A DNA stretch of 64,000 bases from Mobula hypostoma (lineage: Eukaryota): NCBI RefSeq assembly GCF_963921235.1, contig NC_086108.1:65040001-65104000 (forward strand). The letters are read 5' to 3'. Both the position numbers and the translations under genes were made by a program. The notes below the pieces were generated by a model, which was not told the DNA's origin, searched no databases, and was given only the letters and a program-made list of their open reading frames with translations. Positions 49,230 to 62,407 of this stretch are shown here, in pieces. Every line of letters begins with the position of its first letter. Within the stretch, counting starts at the first letter, position 1.

Positions 49230-51620
49230 CTTCTACCTTTAGGGATCAGTGTTGGAACTGCAACTGTTCACAATATGTATTGACCATTGAGAGGAAGGAG
49301 CTGAATATACAAAGTAGGTACGGGTGTGCAGTGGGGAAAATGCAGACAGTTTACAGAGGGATCGATTAACTTATTGGGCAAAATATTGGCAGATGGAGTA
49401 TGATGTGAGAAAATGTGGAGCAAGAATGACAAAGTACATTGTTGTTTAAATGGAGAAGAATTGATGAATGCTGAAGCATCAAGGCATTTTCGAGCCCAAG
49501 TACATGGAACACAGAGAGCTATAGGAAGTAATTAGAAAGGTTAATAAAATGCTGTGTTTTTATTTCAAGGTGATTATAGCACAAAAGCAGGGAAATTGTG
49601 TGCTACAGCATACAAGGCACTAGAGTACGGGGAGGAGTTTTGGTTTCCTTATTTTTGGAAAGATGCATTAACGTTAAAGGCAATTCAGAGAGGGATCTCT
49701 AGGATGATCCAGGGTATGAAGGAAGCATCTTATTAGGAAAAATTGAGCAGATAGGGCCTGAAATCATTGTTGTTTAGAGAAATGAGAGATGACCTTACTG
49801 AAACATATGAGATTCGTTGGGTGTTTTACAGTGTTAAGATGAAGTAAATATTTCCCTAGGATACAGGACCACAGATCATAATCAGAATAAAGGGGAGTCC
49901 ATGGAGAATGAGATGAGGAAGAATTTCTTCTCTGAGAGTCTTTGAAATTTCTTACTTCAGAAATCCGAAGAGGCTAAATCCATGAATGTAATCGAAGCTA
50001 AGATAGATATTAAAATAAATAAAATAATCACATTATGGGGAAAGAGCAGGGCAATGAGGAAAATTGGATAAGCTATGATCTTCCTGAATGGCAACGTAAG
50101 CTATTGTTGTTTTCAGTTAGGGTACGGTGGTACACAACCATGTCTGATCTTGTATTTCATCACTGTTCTCTTGCCCTGTCTCAATACTCCTTGATTCCTC
50201 TAATATGCAGGTTTATCTGTCTCAGACTTGAAAGCAATCAATGACTGAGTGCCCACAGGCCTCTGGGTAGATTACTCGGAAGATTTACCACCCTTGAATA
50301 ATTTTTTTTCTCATTCCAATCCTTTGTTGCATTGTCTCTGTAGCAAGCATATCCTTTTTAAGTAAGAGGATCAAAATTATGCAAACTACTTCAAGTGTGG
50401 TCTCACCAAGGCCGATATAATTGAAGTGAGATATATTTACTTTTATACTTAAATGACCTTGCAGCAAAGGCCAACATACCATTTGTCTGCCTAGCTGCCT
50501 GCTGCAACTGCCTATCAGCTTTCAGTGACTTGTTTACAAGGACATAAGGTGCCTTAGCAGATCAACATTACTCAGTCTTTTACAGCTTAAGACACACTCA
50601 GTTTTAAGTGTATTTTGTATATTGAAGTAGATAACCTCACAGTTTTTTTCCATATTGTACTACATCTGTTATGTTGTTGCCCCTTATCCAGCTTGCCAAT
50701 ATCTGCTTGAGGGCTCTTTGCATCTTCATCACCACTCATATTCCCATAAAGTACAATGTCTTCAGCAGAATTTAAAATGTTACATTGGTCCCCTCAGCCA
50801 ATTTGTTGATGCAAACTATAAATGGTTTGAGCACGAGTACCGATCCCGGTGGTACCCACCACTCAGAGCCTGCCAACCTGAGAAGAACATAGTTTCCTAT
50901 TCTTTGTTTTCATTCTATTTAAAAAATTAACAGTACTTTCTAGGACTTTGCTGTCGATTCCACATGCTTTAACTTTGTTCAACACCTTCCTCTTTGATAT
51001 TTAATCTAAAGCCTTCTGAAAATCTATGTTTATTTTATTCTTGTTTAGAGATAACAGCGCGGGATAGGCCCTTCTGGCCCTATCAAGGTGCACCACCCAG
51101 CAGCCCACTGATTTAACCCTAGCCTAATCACAGGATGGTTTACAATGACCTATTAACCTACTAACCAGTATGACTTTGGACTGTGGAGGAAACCCACGCA
51201 TACACAGGAAGGAACATACCAACTTGATTAGAGAGGACGCCAGAACTGAACTCCAAACTCCGATAATAGCTGTAATAGCATCAAGCTAACCACTGCACTA
51301 TGCGTGTCGTATCCACTGGCTCCCCTCTGAGATATATCCTCAAGGAATTCCACAGGATGCCTCAAACGTGATTCTTTTTGTAATCCATATTGGCATATTC
51401 TACCCAATTGTTTTTTTTATAAATTGTAAGGCTAATAGAGCAATATTGCTTGTTTTCTCTTGCTATCCTTTCTTAATTAGCAGGGTCACATTTGCCAATG
51501 CCCAGCAAGTAAAGAGAAACACTAGAACTGGCACTCTCTTCAAAACTTGCAAGAGCTTCAGAACCTTTCTTCTTTTCCAGATGCTTTTTTAATTCTTCCC
51601 AAGTAGGTCTCGGTCAACTT
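49230..51620. mobile_element. Two old CR1 fragments tail-to-tail (+ about 49230-50095; - about 50130-51620), the second interrupted by a SINE
   Basis: QFWFPY-like EFWFPYFWKDALTLKAIQRGISRMI (+); LKKDMLATETMQQR (-). Confidence 0.7.
51027..51305 (-). mobile_element. V-SINE
   Basis: Reverse of 63045-63333: tttagagataacagc tail, ttacaatgacctattaacctactaacc...tttggactgtggaggaaacc V-domain, gaactgaactccaaactc B-box region. Confidence 0.8.
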
Positions 51621-52282
51621 AAGTAATCTTGCATAGAAGATCCTGATGGTGGAGCAGGACCACAAGCTCTTGCAAGAACAACTGGAATAACAAAGACAAC
51701 TTAATTATCCTGTTTGTCCATCTTCTCAGCCACATACCTCCTCCATTGCCAGTTAACACTAGACCCAAATGAACAAAGCAGATCCCCGCCAAGACCACTG
51801 GGATGGTAGAGGAACTCCATCACAGCGAGCCCTTACGGTCACCATGGTCCATAGTAGTCTGCAACTGAATGCAGCCATGGCGCCTGTGGTGCCTGTCCAT
51901 CCACACATAACTGAGTAGAAGCAGGGAGCAAAATAAACTGACCCAGGAAGGATTCAAGAGGGGGATCTATGCTTTCTTCAAAATGGGAAATTTTGGGAAT
52001 TCATTGCAGTTGTTGGCAATGCTTCACGTCTTAAAGAATATTTTTCCACCACTTTGTCCCTACTTTGTTGTAAAATAACTCAAATTCACATATCCACTTG
52101 GAGTTGGGTAGGAAGATAGTCCAGGCCTAAAGTCTTCACCTTGGTTCAGTTCCTTGATCTGTAAACATTTAAGAACATCAAAAAATTATTTTTATTTCTC
52201 ATTCTACTTGAACAGAAACAATGAGTTGCCCACTACACTGCCCAGCAACAAAGAAATATTAAAACATATCCAGGAGTAGATC

Positions 52283-52953
52283 AAACATGAGAATATCTGC
52301 AGATGCTGGAAATCCAAAGCAACACACACAAAATACTGGAGGTCTCAGCAGGCCAGGTAGCATCTGTGAACAAGAGTGAACTGCCGATTTTTTGGGTCGA
52401 GACTCTTCATCTGGAAAGGAAGGGGAGAAGTCAGCATAAGATTGTGGGGGATGTGGTGAAGGAAGTACATGGCAGCAGGTGAAACTGGGGGTGGGGTGAA
52501 GTGTAGAGCTGGGAAGTTGATTGGTGGAAGAGATAAAGGACTGGAGAAGGGAGAATCTGATATAAAGGGACCAAGACCATGGAAGAAAGGGAAGTGGGAG
52601 GAGTACCAAAGGGAGGTGTTGGACAGGTAAGGAGATAAGATGAGAGAAGGAAACAGGAATGGGGAATAGTGAAGGATAAGGGTTGGGGGAGGGGGTGGTC
52701 AATTACCAGAAGTTTGAGAAATCGATGTTCATGTCATCAGGTTGTAGGCTACTCAGACAGAATATAAGGGTTGCTCCTTCAATCTGAGTGTGGCCTTATC
52801 ATGGCAATAGAAGAGGCCATGGACTGACAGGTCAGAATGGGAATGGGAAGTAGACTTGAAATGGGTGGCCACCGGGAAATCTCGCTTTTAGTGGCGGACA
52901 GAACAAAGGTGTTTGATAAAGCGGTCTCCTAATTTACGTCAGGTTTCACCAAT
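52283..52953 (-). mobile_element. Older Penelope 3' fragment (GIY-YIG C-half plus terminus with degenerate hammerhead)
   Basis: Colinear with 41577-42420; - strand ccagatgaagagtctcgacccaaaaaatcggc. Confidence 0.85.
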
Positions 52954-54050
52954 ACTTTTACAGTATATACCCCTGCACTATGGCTTAGAGCATCATCTGA
53001 GAAAAGGGGAAAATCAGCAGTAGCTGCTTAATTTTCCTTTCATTTGTTTAAATGAAAAGATACTGGATGTGTCATTTGTGTTCCCATTTGTCAGATTGTT
53101 TTCAGTTTTCTGAACCTCACTCTCATGCCCCGGATAAATTCTATGTCCTAGTTTTGCTGAAAACATTTTGCCCAACGTGATGAACAATTCCAGGGACTTG
53201 AATTGATTGTAATTGAGACCCAAGCATATCGGCACCATAGTTACTCACTTGGATGTTTCAATAATTTAAAATTTCATTTATGAGTTTATTTGAGAGCCAG
53301 AACTTCTGCACTCTATTAGTATTCAGTCTTTTCACTTCTAAACATTTGGGTTTAAACTGATGAGAGTTTGAACAGACCTCTAGAACTTTGACTGATGAAC
53401 AATATAAACTGTTGTTTTATTCAGCATAGCAATACAAGATCAGTATTCACGATTAAAACAGTGTTTTATCAACATATTCTATGTGTCTGCTTTGCATTAC
53501 ATGAGCTGAATACCTTTGAAATGACACACACACGTGCAGGCAGTTATTAAAAGTTTAGTCAGCACTTTTGGCGAGGATGAGATTACATTGCTTTCTGAAT
53601 AGCTGTAGAAGAACTAAATCTGCATCTTAAACTACAAAATTTCCACTCACGTTTCACCTTGAATACTGAGGAAGGGCAGCCAGAAGATTTTTAAGATGGG
53701 ATTCCTGAAAGATCCTTTGCTGTAATGTGATGGTGTAATATAGTACAATTTGAAAAGGAAGCTAAGATTGTTAAAGGAGTATTCCTGATTTGAAAGATGC
53801 TATTAGTGAATTGCTTCCAAAAGAACAATTTTCTGAAGTGCATACATAATTGTTTTCCATGGAGACAATTTGGAACCATGATAAATATAACCTTATTTTC
53901 ATTTACTTTTTAGTCAAAACCACACAGATACTTTAACTTTGTTACTGCATATAAATCATATAATATTCACATATATATTTTCTCATGCTGATGGAATGTA
54001 TGCTATTCTTTAAAAGGTTTGACAAGAGTCCAGTACCATCAGTATGCTTA

Positions 54051-55953
54051 AAATAATCTGCAGATGCTGTTGCCAAAGGAACACTCACAATGCACTGGAG
54101 GAACTCAGCAGGTCAGTCAGCATCAGTTGAAAAGTTTCGTCGACGTTTCGGGCCGAAACCCTTTGTCAGGACTGAAGGAAGAACTTTGGGGAGGGTTTGA
54201 AGAATGCTGGTAGCTGAAAAAAACAGTAATTTGAAAGACAAAGGGTTGGGGGAGGGGATGCAGGGAGGTGATTGGCAGGAGAACAATGCGCAGTAGTAGA
54301 AGGAGGCGGAACTATGAGGGTAGTGATGTGAAATAGGGATAGAGGAAGGGAGGGGGAGGGAAATACTGGAAGTTGGAGAATTCTATGTTCATACCAAGGG
54401 GCTGGAGACTACCTAGACGGTATATGAGGTGTTGCTCCTCCAACCTGAGTTTAGCATCATGGCAGTAGAGGAGGCCATGTATGGACATATCTGAATGGGA
54501 ATGGGAAGCAGAGTTGAAGTGGGTGGCTACCGGGAGATCCTGTCTGTTGTGGCAGACGGATTGGAGGTGCTCAACGAAGTGGTCCCCCAATCTGCGTCGG
54601 GTTTCACCGATGTAGAGGAGGCCGCACCGGGAGCACCGGATGCAATAGATGACCCCAACAGTTTCGCAAGTGAAGTGTTGCCTCACCTGGAAGGACTGTT
54701 TGGGGCCCTGAATGGTGGCAAGAGAGGAGGTGTAGGGACAGGTGTAGCGCTAATGCTTACAGGGATAAGTGCCGGGTGGGAGATCAATGGGGATGGACGT
54801 GCGGATAAGTGAGTCGCGGAGGGATCGATCCCTGCGGAAAGCGGAGAGGGGTGGAGAGGGAAAGATGTGCTTAGTGGTGGGATCCTGTTGAAGGTGGCGG
54901 AAGTTGCGGAGGATAATGTGCTGGATCCGGAGGCTGGTGGGGTGGTAGGTGAGGACAAGGGGAACTCTGTCCTTGTTGTGCTGGCGGGAAGATGGGGTGA
55001 GGGCCGAAGTGCGGGAAATGGAGGAGATGCGGGTGAGGGCATCATTGATCACCGTAGAAGGGAAACCATGATCCTTAAAGAAAGAGAACATTTGAGATGT
55101 CCTGGAACGGAAAGCCTCACCCTGAGAGTAGATGCGGCGGAGACGGAGGAACTGGGAATAGGGAATGGCATTTTTGCATGTGGCGGTATAGTCAAGGTAG
55201 TTATGAGAGTCAGTGGGCTTGTAGAAGATGTCAGTGGACAGTCTGTCTCCAGAGATGGAGACCGAGACATCGAGAAAGGGGAGAGAGGGTCAGAGATAGA
55301 CCAAGTGAATTTGAGGGCTAGGTGGAAGTTTGAAGTAAAGTCGATGAAATTGACGAGCTCAGCATGGGCGCAGGAAGCAGCACCAATGTAGTTGTCAATG
55401 TATCGAAGGAAAAGTTGGGGAGCAGTACCAGAATAGGTTTGGAGCACAGACTGTTCCACACAACCAACGAAGAGGCAGGCGTAGCTGGGTCCCATGCGAG
55501 TTCCCATAGCTACACCCTTATTCTGAAGAAAGTGGGAAGGGCCAAAAGAGAAGTTATTAAGTGTGAGAACCAGTTCCGCCTACCGGAGGAGGGTAGTGGT
55601 GGTGGGGAACTGGTGAGGTCTATTATCCAGGAGGTAGCAGAGGGCTTTGAGGCCTTCTTGATGGGGAATGGAGGTGTATAAGGATTGGACATCTATAGTA
55701 AAAATGTAGCGGTATAAGGATTCCGCCTCCTTCAACTACTGCGCATTGTTCTCCTGCCAATCACCTCCCTGCTTCCCCTCTCCCACCCCTTTGTCTTTCA
55801 AGTTACTGTTTTTTTTCAACTACCAGCATTCTTCAAGCCCTCCCCAAAGTTCTTCCTTCAGTCCTGATGAAGGGTTTCAGCCCGAAACGTCGACTAATCT
55901 TTTCAACTGATGCTGACTGAGCTGCTGAGGTCCTCCAGCGCATTGTGAGTGTT
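54051..55953 (-). mobile_element. Neptune-type Penelope element with about 234-bp inverted terminal repeats and a 15-bp TSD
   Basis: TSD ccatcagt(a/g)tgctta at 54036-54050 and 55954-55968; arms 54078-54311 and 55721-55955; RT MGTRMGPSYACLFVG..FLRYIDNYIG; GIY-YIG ORF 54312..54686. Confidence 0.95.
55860..55895 (+). ncRNA. Minimal type I hammerhead ribozyme with intact core
   Basis: AGTC (stem I) CTGATGA A GGG-TTTCAG-CCC (stem II) GAAA CG TC^ GACT (stem I'). Palindromic ACGT replaces stem III; predicted cleavage after C55891. Confidence 0.8.
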
Positions 55954-56197
55954 CCATCAGTGTGCTTATTTGTATTCTTTTTAAGAGTAGACAGCTAATG
56001 TTATTATAATATTTTATGAATCCTTGGTATCCCTGATTTCAATTACCTATGTACTAAACCTTACAGGTGCTTTTTGCATCTATATCGGGTCCAAAATCTT
56101 TATTAGGGTAGTGTGAGATTCATTTAGTCCTCTTTACCCTGTGTAACTTCTATGTTTATTTTCTTTGTTCATGCCGACTTGTTCTTCTGTTCAAAAT

Positions 56198-56315
56198 ATA
56201 AGAGACTGCAAATGCTGGAACCTGCAGATGGAGGGTTTTGACCTGTAAACATCGACTGCCTATTTCCCTCCATAGACGCTGCCGGGTTTGCTAAGTTCCT
56301 CAAGCTTCCCGAGTG
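56198..56315. mobile_element. Decayed PLE terminal remnant
   Basis: aagagactgcaaatgctggaa tail plus a degenerate core gagggttttgacctgtaaacatcgac. Confidence 0.55.
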
Positions 56316-56494
56316 TTCTTCTTTTCCCTTGTTTGGCTTTATCCTGTAATGTTTTCAACAAATATTATGAACTTCAACCTGGTTAAAAGTTTCTGTACTT
56401 CATCAATTTAATGTACTTCCACTCGACAAAAGGGTCGAAAGAGTTTCAATTTAATCCCTTGTTCAAAAGACATTGCCTCATCAGTATGCACTGA

Positions 56495-59400
56495 ATTAGA
56501 ATCAGGTTTAATATCATTGGCATATGTTGCGAAATTTGTTGTTTTGCAGCAGCAAAATACAATAATTAATAAAACCTATAAATTACAGTAAGAAGTATAT
56601 ACAGAAAATGAATTGAATAAGTAAATAGTGCAAAAAGAAATCAAGAAAAAATCATGAGTGAGTGCTCATGGGCACATTTTCCATCCAGAAATCTGATAGT
56701 GGAGGAGAAGAAGCTGTTCTTGAAACATTGAATGTGTGTCTTCAGGCTCCTGTACCTCCTCCTTGATGGTATCAATGAAAAGAGGACATGTCCTCGGTGA
56801 TGGAGGCTCGTAATAATGGATACTGCCTTTTTTGAGGCATCGCCTTTTGAAAATGTCCTGGATGCGGGGGAGGCTAGTGGCCATGATGGAGCTAGCTGAA
56901 TTTACAGTTTTCTGCAGCTTTTTCCAATCCTGTTCTGATCTTCTCAAACTCCTAATGAGATAGACACTGTCATCCCTTCTTTGTAATTGCATCAATGTGT
57001 TGGGCCCAGGATAGATCTTCAGAGATGTTGATCTCCAGGAACTTGGAACTGCTCACCTTTTTCACACCATATCCCTCAATGAGGAATGGTGTGTGTGACA
57101 GTTTCACCATCTGAAATTAGAAACATAGAAAACCTACAACACAATACAGACCCTTCGGCCCACAAAGTTGTGCCGAACATGTCCCTACCTTAGAAATTAC
57201 CAGGCTTACCTATAGCCCTCTATTTTTCTAAGCTCCATGACCTATCCAAAAGTCTCTTAAAAGATCCTATAATATCCGCCTCCACCACCGTTGTTGGCAG
57301 CCCATTCCACGCACTCACCACTCTCTGCGTAAAAAAACTTACCCCTGACATCTCCTCTGTGCCTACTCCCAAGCACCTTAAACCTGTGTCCTCTTGTGGC
57401 AACCATTTCAGCCCTGGGAAAAACCCTCTGACTATCCACACAATCAATGCCTCTCATCATCTTACACACCTCTATCATGTCACCTCTCATCCTTCATCGC
57501 TGCAAGGAGAAAAAGCCAAGTTCACTCAACCTATTCCCATAAGGCATGCTCCCCAGTCCAGGTAACCTCCTTGTAAATCTCCTCTGCACCCTTTCTATGG
57601 TTTCCACATCCTTCATGTGGTGAGGCGACCAGAACTGAGCACAGTACTCCAAGTGGGGTCTGACCAGGATCCTATATAGCTGCAACATTACCTCTCAGCT
57701 CCTAAAGTCAATTCCACGATTGATGAAGGCCAATACACCATATGCCTTCTTAACCACAGAGTCAACCTGCGCAGCTTCTTTGAGCGTCCTATGGACTCGG
57801 ACCCCAAGATCCCTCTGATCCACCACACTGGCAAGAGTCTTACCATTCTGCTGTCATATTTGACCTACCAAAATGAACCACTTCACACATATCTGGGTTG
57901 AACTCCATCTGCCACTTCTCAGCCCAGTTTTACATCCTATCAATGTCCTGCTGTAACCTCTGACAGCCCTCCACACTATCCACAACACCTGCAACCTTTG
58001 TGTCATCAGCAAATTTACTAACTCATCCCTCCACTTCCTCATCCAGGTCATTTATAAAAATCACAAAGAGTAAGGGTCCCAGAACAATTTAGATGGCCTT
58101 TGAACTGTGCCTAACAACAGTCAAGTGTGTGGAGAAGAGTAGAGTAGTGGGCTAAGTATGCATCCTCAAGGTGCACCAGTGTTGATTATCAGTGAGGAGG
58201 AGGTGTTATTTCTAATCTATGCTGACTCTGGTCTCCCGATGAGGAAGTCAAGGATCCTGTTGCAGAGGGATGTATAAGGGCCCAGGTTTTGGAGTTTGTT
58301 GATTAGAGTTAAGGGTATGATTCTGTTAAGTGCTGAGGTGTAGTCAAGAAACAGCAGACTGATATAGGTGTTACTGTTGTCCAGGTGATCCCAGTCTAAG
58401 TGGAGTGCCATAGAGATTGCATTCCGCTGTAGGCCTATTGTGGCAAAAGACAAATTGAAGCAAGTCCAAGTCCTTACTGAGGCAGGAATTGATTCTGGTC
58501 ATGACCAGTCTCTCAGAGCACTTCATCACAGTAGATGTGAGTACAACTGGGCGATAGTCGTTGGGGCATCTCACCCTGCTCTTCTTGGACTAGTGTGAGC
58601 AGGTGGGAATCTCTGACTGCAGCAGTGAGAGATTGAAGAGGTGCTTAAACACTCCCAGTGGTTGGTTGGCACAGGTTTTTGGTGCCCTGCCAGGTACACC
58701 ATCAGAGGCTGACAATTTGCGAGGGTTCACCCTTTAGAAAGATGTTCTGAGACAAAGATCACAGGGTCACCAGATATTGCAGAGATTTGCACAGGTGTAG
58801 TTTTATTCTCCCTTTTAAAGAGTGTGTAAAGAGAGTTGAGCTCATCTGGAAGTGAAGCATCACAGCCATTCATGATGTTAGGTTTTGCTTTGTAGGAAGT
58901 AATGGCCTCCAAACTCTGCCAGAGCTGACGTGCATTCGATTCTGTCTCTAACTTCAGTTGGAATCATTTTTTGCTCTTAAAGTAGCCTTCCGTGGGTCGT
59001 ACCTGGACCTCTTATATAGTTCTGGATCAGTGGTCTTGAATCACTAGTCTGGATCTGTGGTACCACAGATCTGGTCCTCTGCAGACATTGTATCTCCTGG
59101 TTATCCATGGCTTTTGGTTTGGGTATGTCCAGTGCGGTCTCAAAGGCATACACTTAATCCACACAGTTCTTGATGAAGTTGGTGATAACTGTGGCATATG
59201 CGTTCAGGCTCATAGATGAATCCCTGAATATTGTGTAGTCCACCAATTCAAAGCACTCCTGTAAGTGCTCCTCTGCCTCCCTTGATCATACCTTTCTTGG
59301 TTCTCACCACTGGAGTCCCTGCCTGTACACTGGGAGTAGAAGTACAGCTGGGTGAGTGGACTTTCCAAAGTGTGGGCGTGGCATAGCACAGTAAACATTT

Positions 59401-60070
59401 CTGAAGGTGCTATAACAATGATCAAGTGAGTTAGCTCCTCTCATCTGACAGGTGATATATTGGTGGTAGTTGTTCAGAGACTTCTTCAAGATGGTCTGAT
59501 TGAAATCCCCTGCAATGATAGGGAAGGCATGTGGGTGTGCTGTTTCTTGTCTGTTGATCATGATGCTCAGCTCTTCCCATGCCTTTCTTGCATTGGCCCG
59601 AGGTGGAATGTACACAGCTACCAGTACAATGGCAGAAAACTCTCTCAGCAGATAAAATGAGTGACATTTGAATGCTGTATGTTCCAGGTCTGGTGAGCAG
59701 AATTTAGACAGAATTGCCACATCTGTGCAGCATGATGAGTTAATCATAAAGATTACTCCACTTCTTCTACCTTTAAAAGATTGAGCTATCCTATCTTTTC
59801 AGAGAATGGTGAAGCTATCAAGCTGCAGCACTGCATCTGAAATGGCAGTAGTGAGCCATGTTTCCATGAAGCTAAGTACACAACAGTCCCTGATGCCCCT
59901 CTGGTACTGTAGTCTTGTTCTGAGGTCTTCAATTTTATTTCTGAGAGACTGTACATTTGCCAGTAGGATAGTTGGGACTAGGGGTCTAAAGCCTCTACAT
60001 TTCAATCATACCTGCAGACTGGTTCAGCTTCCGCGCTTACGTTTTCTTAAAAGGAAACTGCACTTATGAT
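56495..60070 (-). mobile_element. Near full-length decayed Rex1/Babar LINE (APE endonuclease + RT), interrupted by a CR1
   Basis: PTILLANVQSLRNKIEDL..CCVLSFMETWL; VAVYIPP..IIAGDFNQ..LDHCYS..PHFGKSTH (APE); [25 protein letters not shown]; 3' tail near 56495. Confidence 0.92.
57118..58086 (-). mobile_element. Relatively young CR1 3' fragment
   Basis: LQLYRILVRPHLEYCAQFWSPH..ERVQRRFTR; RGDMIEV..TRGHRFKV; FFTQRVVSAWNGLP; tagaaacatagaaa tail. Confidence 0.93.
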
Positions 60071-60334
60071 TGAGTCTGCAGTCCGGGGTTGGCTGATTTT
60101 GAATATCGATAGTTATTTTTTAACATCTTGAGGAGATGATTTGACTCTGATTCTAATTCTGAAAAGGAATATCTCTGATAGGATAAGTTAAACATTGCAG
60201 TTAGAATCTCATTATGCTTCTTTGTCTTTGTACTGTGTTGTAAATAGCAGGGCCAAATTCTAGCAATGTAAAAAGAAAAAATAATACCAATTGCTGAAAG
60301 ATAGAAATGGCCAGGCATGGTACAGGCAGAAAGT

Positions 60335-60680
60335 AATTGGTAAATAAGTTTATTATTGTCATATGTACAGTGGTACAGTGAAAAACTTTACTTGCCATGC
60401 ATAAGGATAATTTCATTCACATCACATTAAATTAGAACAAGGGAAAATAATGAACAAATGCAGAATGGGGTGTAACAGTTACAGAAAAAGTGCAGTATAA
60501 TGCACGATAAGGTGCAAGGCCAAAGATCTGGTTACCCGGAGTAGAGTATTTTGATACTGAATCCAGAAAACTGCAATATGTCAGATGGAAAAGAGGTGTT
60601 CTTCAAGCTTACATTGCGTGTCATTACAGTGGTGTAAGAGACTATAAATTGATCAGAGTGAAAGTGAGATAGGGAATTTA
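60335..60680 (-). mobile_element. LINE 3' end plus an ancient PLE endonuclease remnant
   Basis: tttattattgtcatatgtacag tail; gatggaaaagaggtgttcttcaagctt resembles the reverse of the EEQHLIFRLG coding region. Confidence 0.5.
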
Positions 60681-61818
60681 ATCTTTCATCCCCATTTCAG
60701 TTGATTTTTATGCATCTTCTGTAAGATCTTGACATCCTAAACAAAGGAGTTTGAAGTAAAAACTTTTCTTCAGCTTAGGCTTGAAAGTGCGTTATAAATG
60801 TTCACGCCAATGTCTTCTGAAATTCAGGCTAATCTGAATTTTATTTTTATGTTTCAATACTTGCCTTATCAGTTTAAAATATATGTATTTCTGTTGAACC
60901 TGAGTCACTCTTCATACCCCTAAGAATTAAATTTTACCTGCCTCATGTGTCTTGGTCTTTCTGAAAGTTTTAATCTCCTATGAACAAATATTGCAATTAT
61001 AGCTTTATATCTAATCTCCAATCAATAATATTTGTCAGAAAGATTCAACATAATGCATTTACATCGAATTCAAATCTAAGCAACTCAGGAACATAAGGAA
61101 GTTTGTCCCTCCAGTCTGAAAAAAATATGTACATTCAGTCCCTCAGCTATATTTCTAACTATGCTGCCATTCTGCCTTTAACCATATAGGATTTAATTTT
61201 GCGAACAATTCTAATTTACTGGACGTACATCGAATTTAAAAAAATAATCAACACACACACACCCCTACCTTACTCTCTCCCATCACTTTATCAACAAGTT
61301 CAAATTCATTGTCGATTAATTATTATTTCCCATTTCGGACATTATTTATTCACACAATTGGATTTATCTCTCTTGTTTTTTTTCTTATTTTAAATAAACA
61401 AACTTTCTGTCTTCTGTCACCACTCACTCCCTTGCTTCTCACTTATCTGGTTCATGTAATTCTGAGCATTGCCAACCTTTAGATGTACCTTCTCTTTACC
61501 AATTTTTATCCATTTTATGTTCTTATACAACAACCTCATCCTTTACTACCACATTGGTACCATTTTTGTACAGAAGATAGCTGCAAAGTACCCATTTAGT
61601 ACTTCAATCGGTTTGCCTACACAAAATTTCCTTCCTTGTCCTGTCATATCTTTACCATCTATATATTTTAAAATGGTTTTTAATTATCCATTTATGTTTG
61701 CTACTTATCTATCTCTATATGTATGGTTTCTTTATTTTCCCTTTTTCCTCGTAAGATCTCATCTAATTTCTATATTCATCTTGCTTCTTTTACTCCTTAT
61801 TTTAATTTAATCTAAGTA

Positions 61819-62407
61819 TGAGGGGTGATTGATAAGTTTGTGGCCTAAGGTAGAAGGAGTCAATTTTAGAAAACCTAGCACATTTATTTTTCAACATAGT
61901 CCCCTCCTACATTTACACACTTAGTCCAGCGGTCGTGGAGCATACGGATCTTAGACCTCCAGAAAGTGTCCACAGCAGGGTGATTGATAAGTTCGTGGCC
62001 TAAGGTAGAAGGAGATGACTTATACGGCTCTCGTTACATGCAGTTCAACGCTTTGAGTGATTGTGCAGAAAGTTTGAAGTTAATAACTCATCGCCTACCT
62101 TAGGCCACGAACTTATCAATCACCCTTGATGAGTTATTAACTTCAAACTTTCTGCATAGTCACTCAAAGAGTTGAACTGCATGTGCATGTAACAAGAGCT
62201 GTATAACTCATCGCCTTCTACCTTAGGCCATGAACTTATCAATCACCCTGCTGTGGACACTTTCTGGAGGTCTAAGATCCGTATGCTCCACAACCGCTGG
62301 ACTGTGTGTATAAATGTAGGAGGGGACTATGTTGAAAAATAAATGTGCTAGGTTTTCTAAAATTGACTCCTTCTACCTTAGGCCATGAACTTATCAATCA
62401 CCCCTCG
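61819..62407. mobile_element. Mariner-derived fold-back element (copy 3; 5 TIR copies, near-perfect 589-bp palindrome)
   Basis: TA at 61817-61818 and 62408-62409; both ends are the transposase-3'-end module in inverted orientation. Confidence 0.93.
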
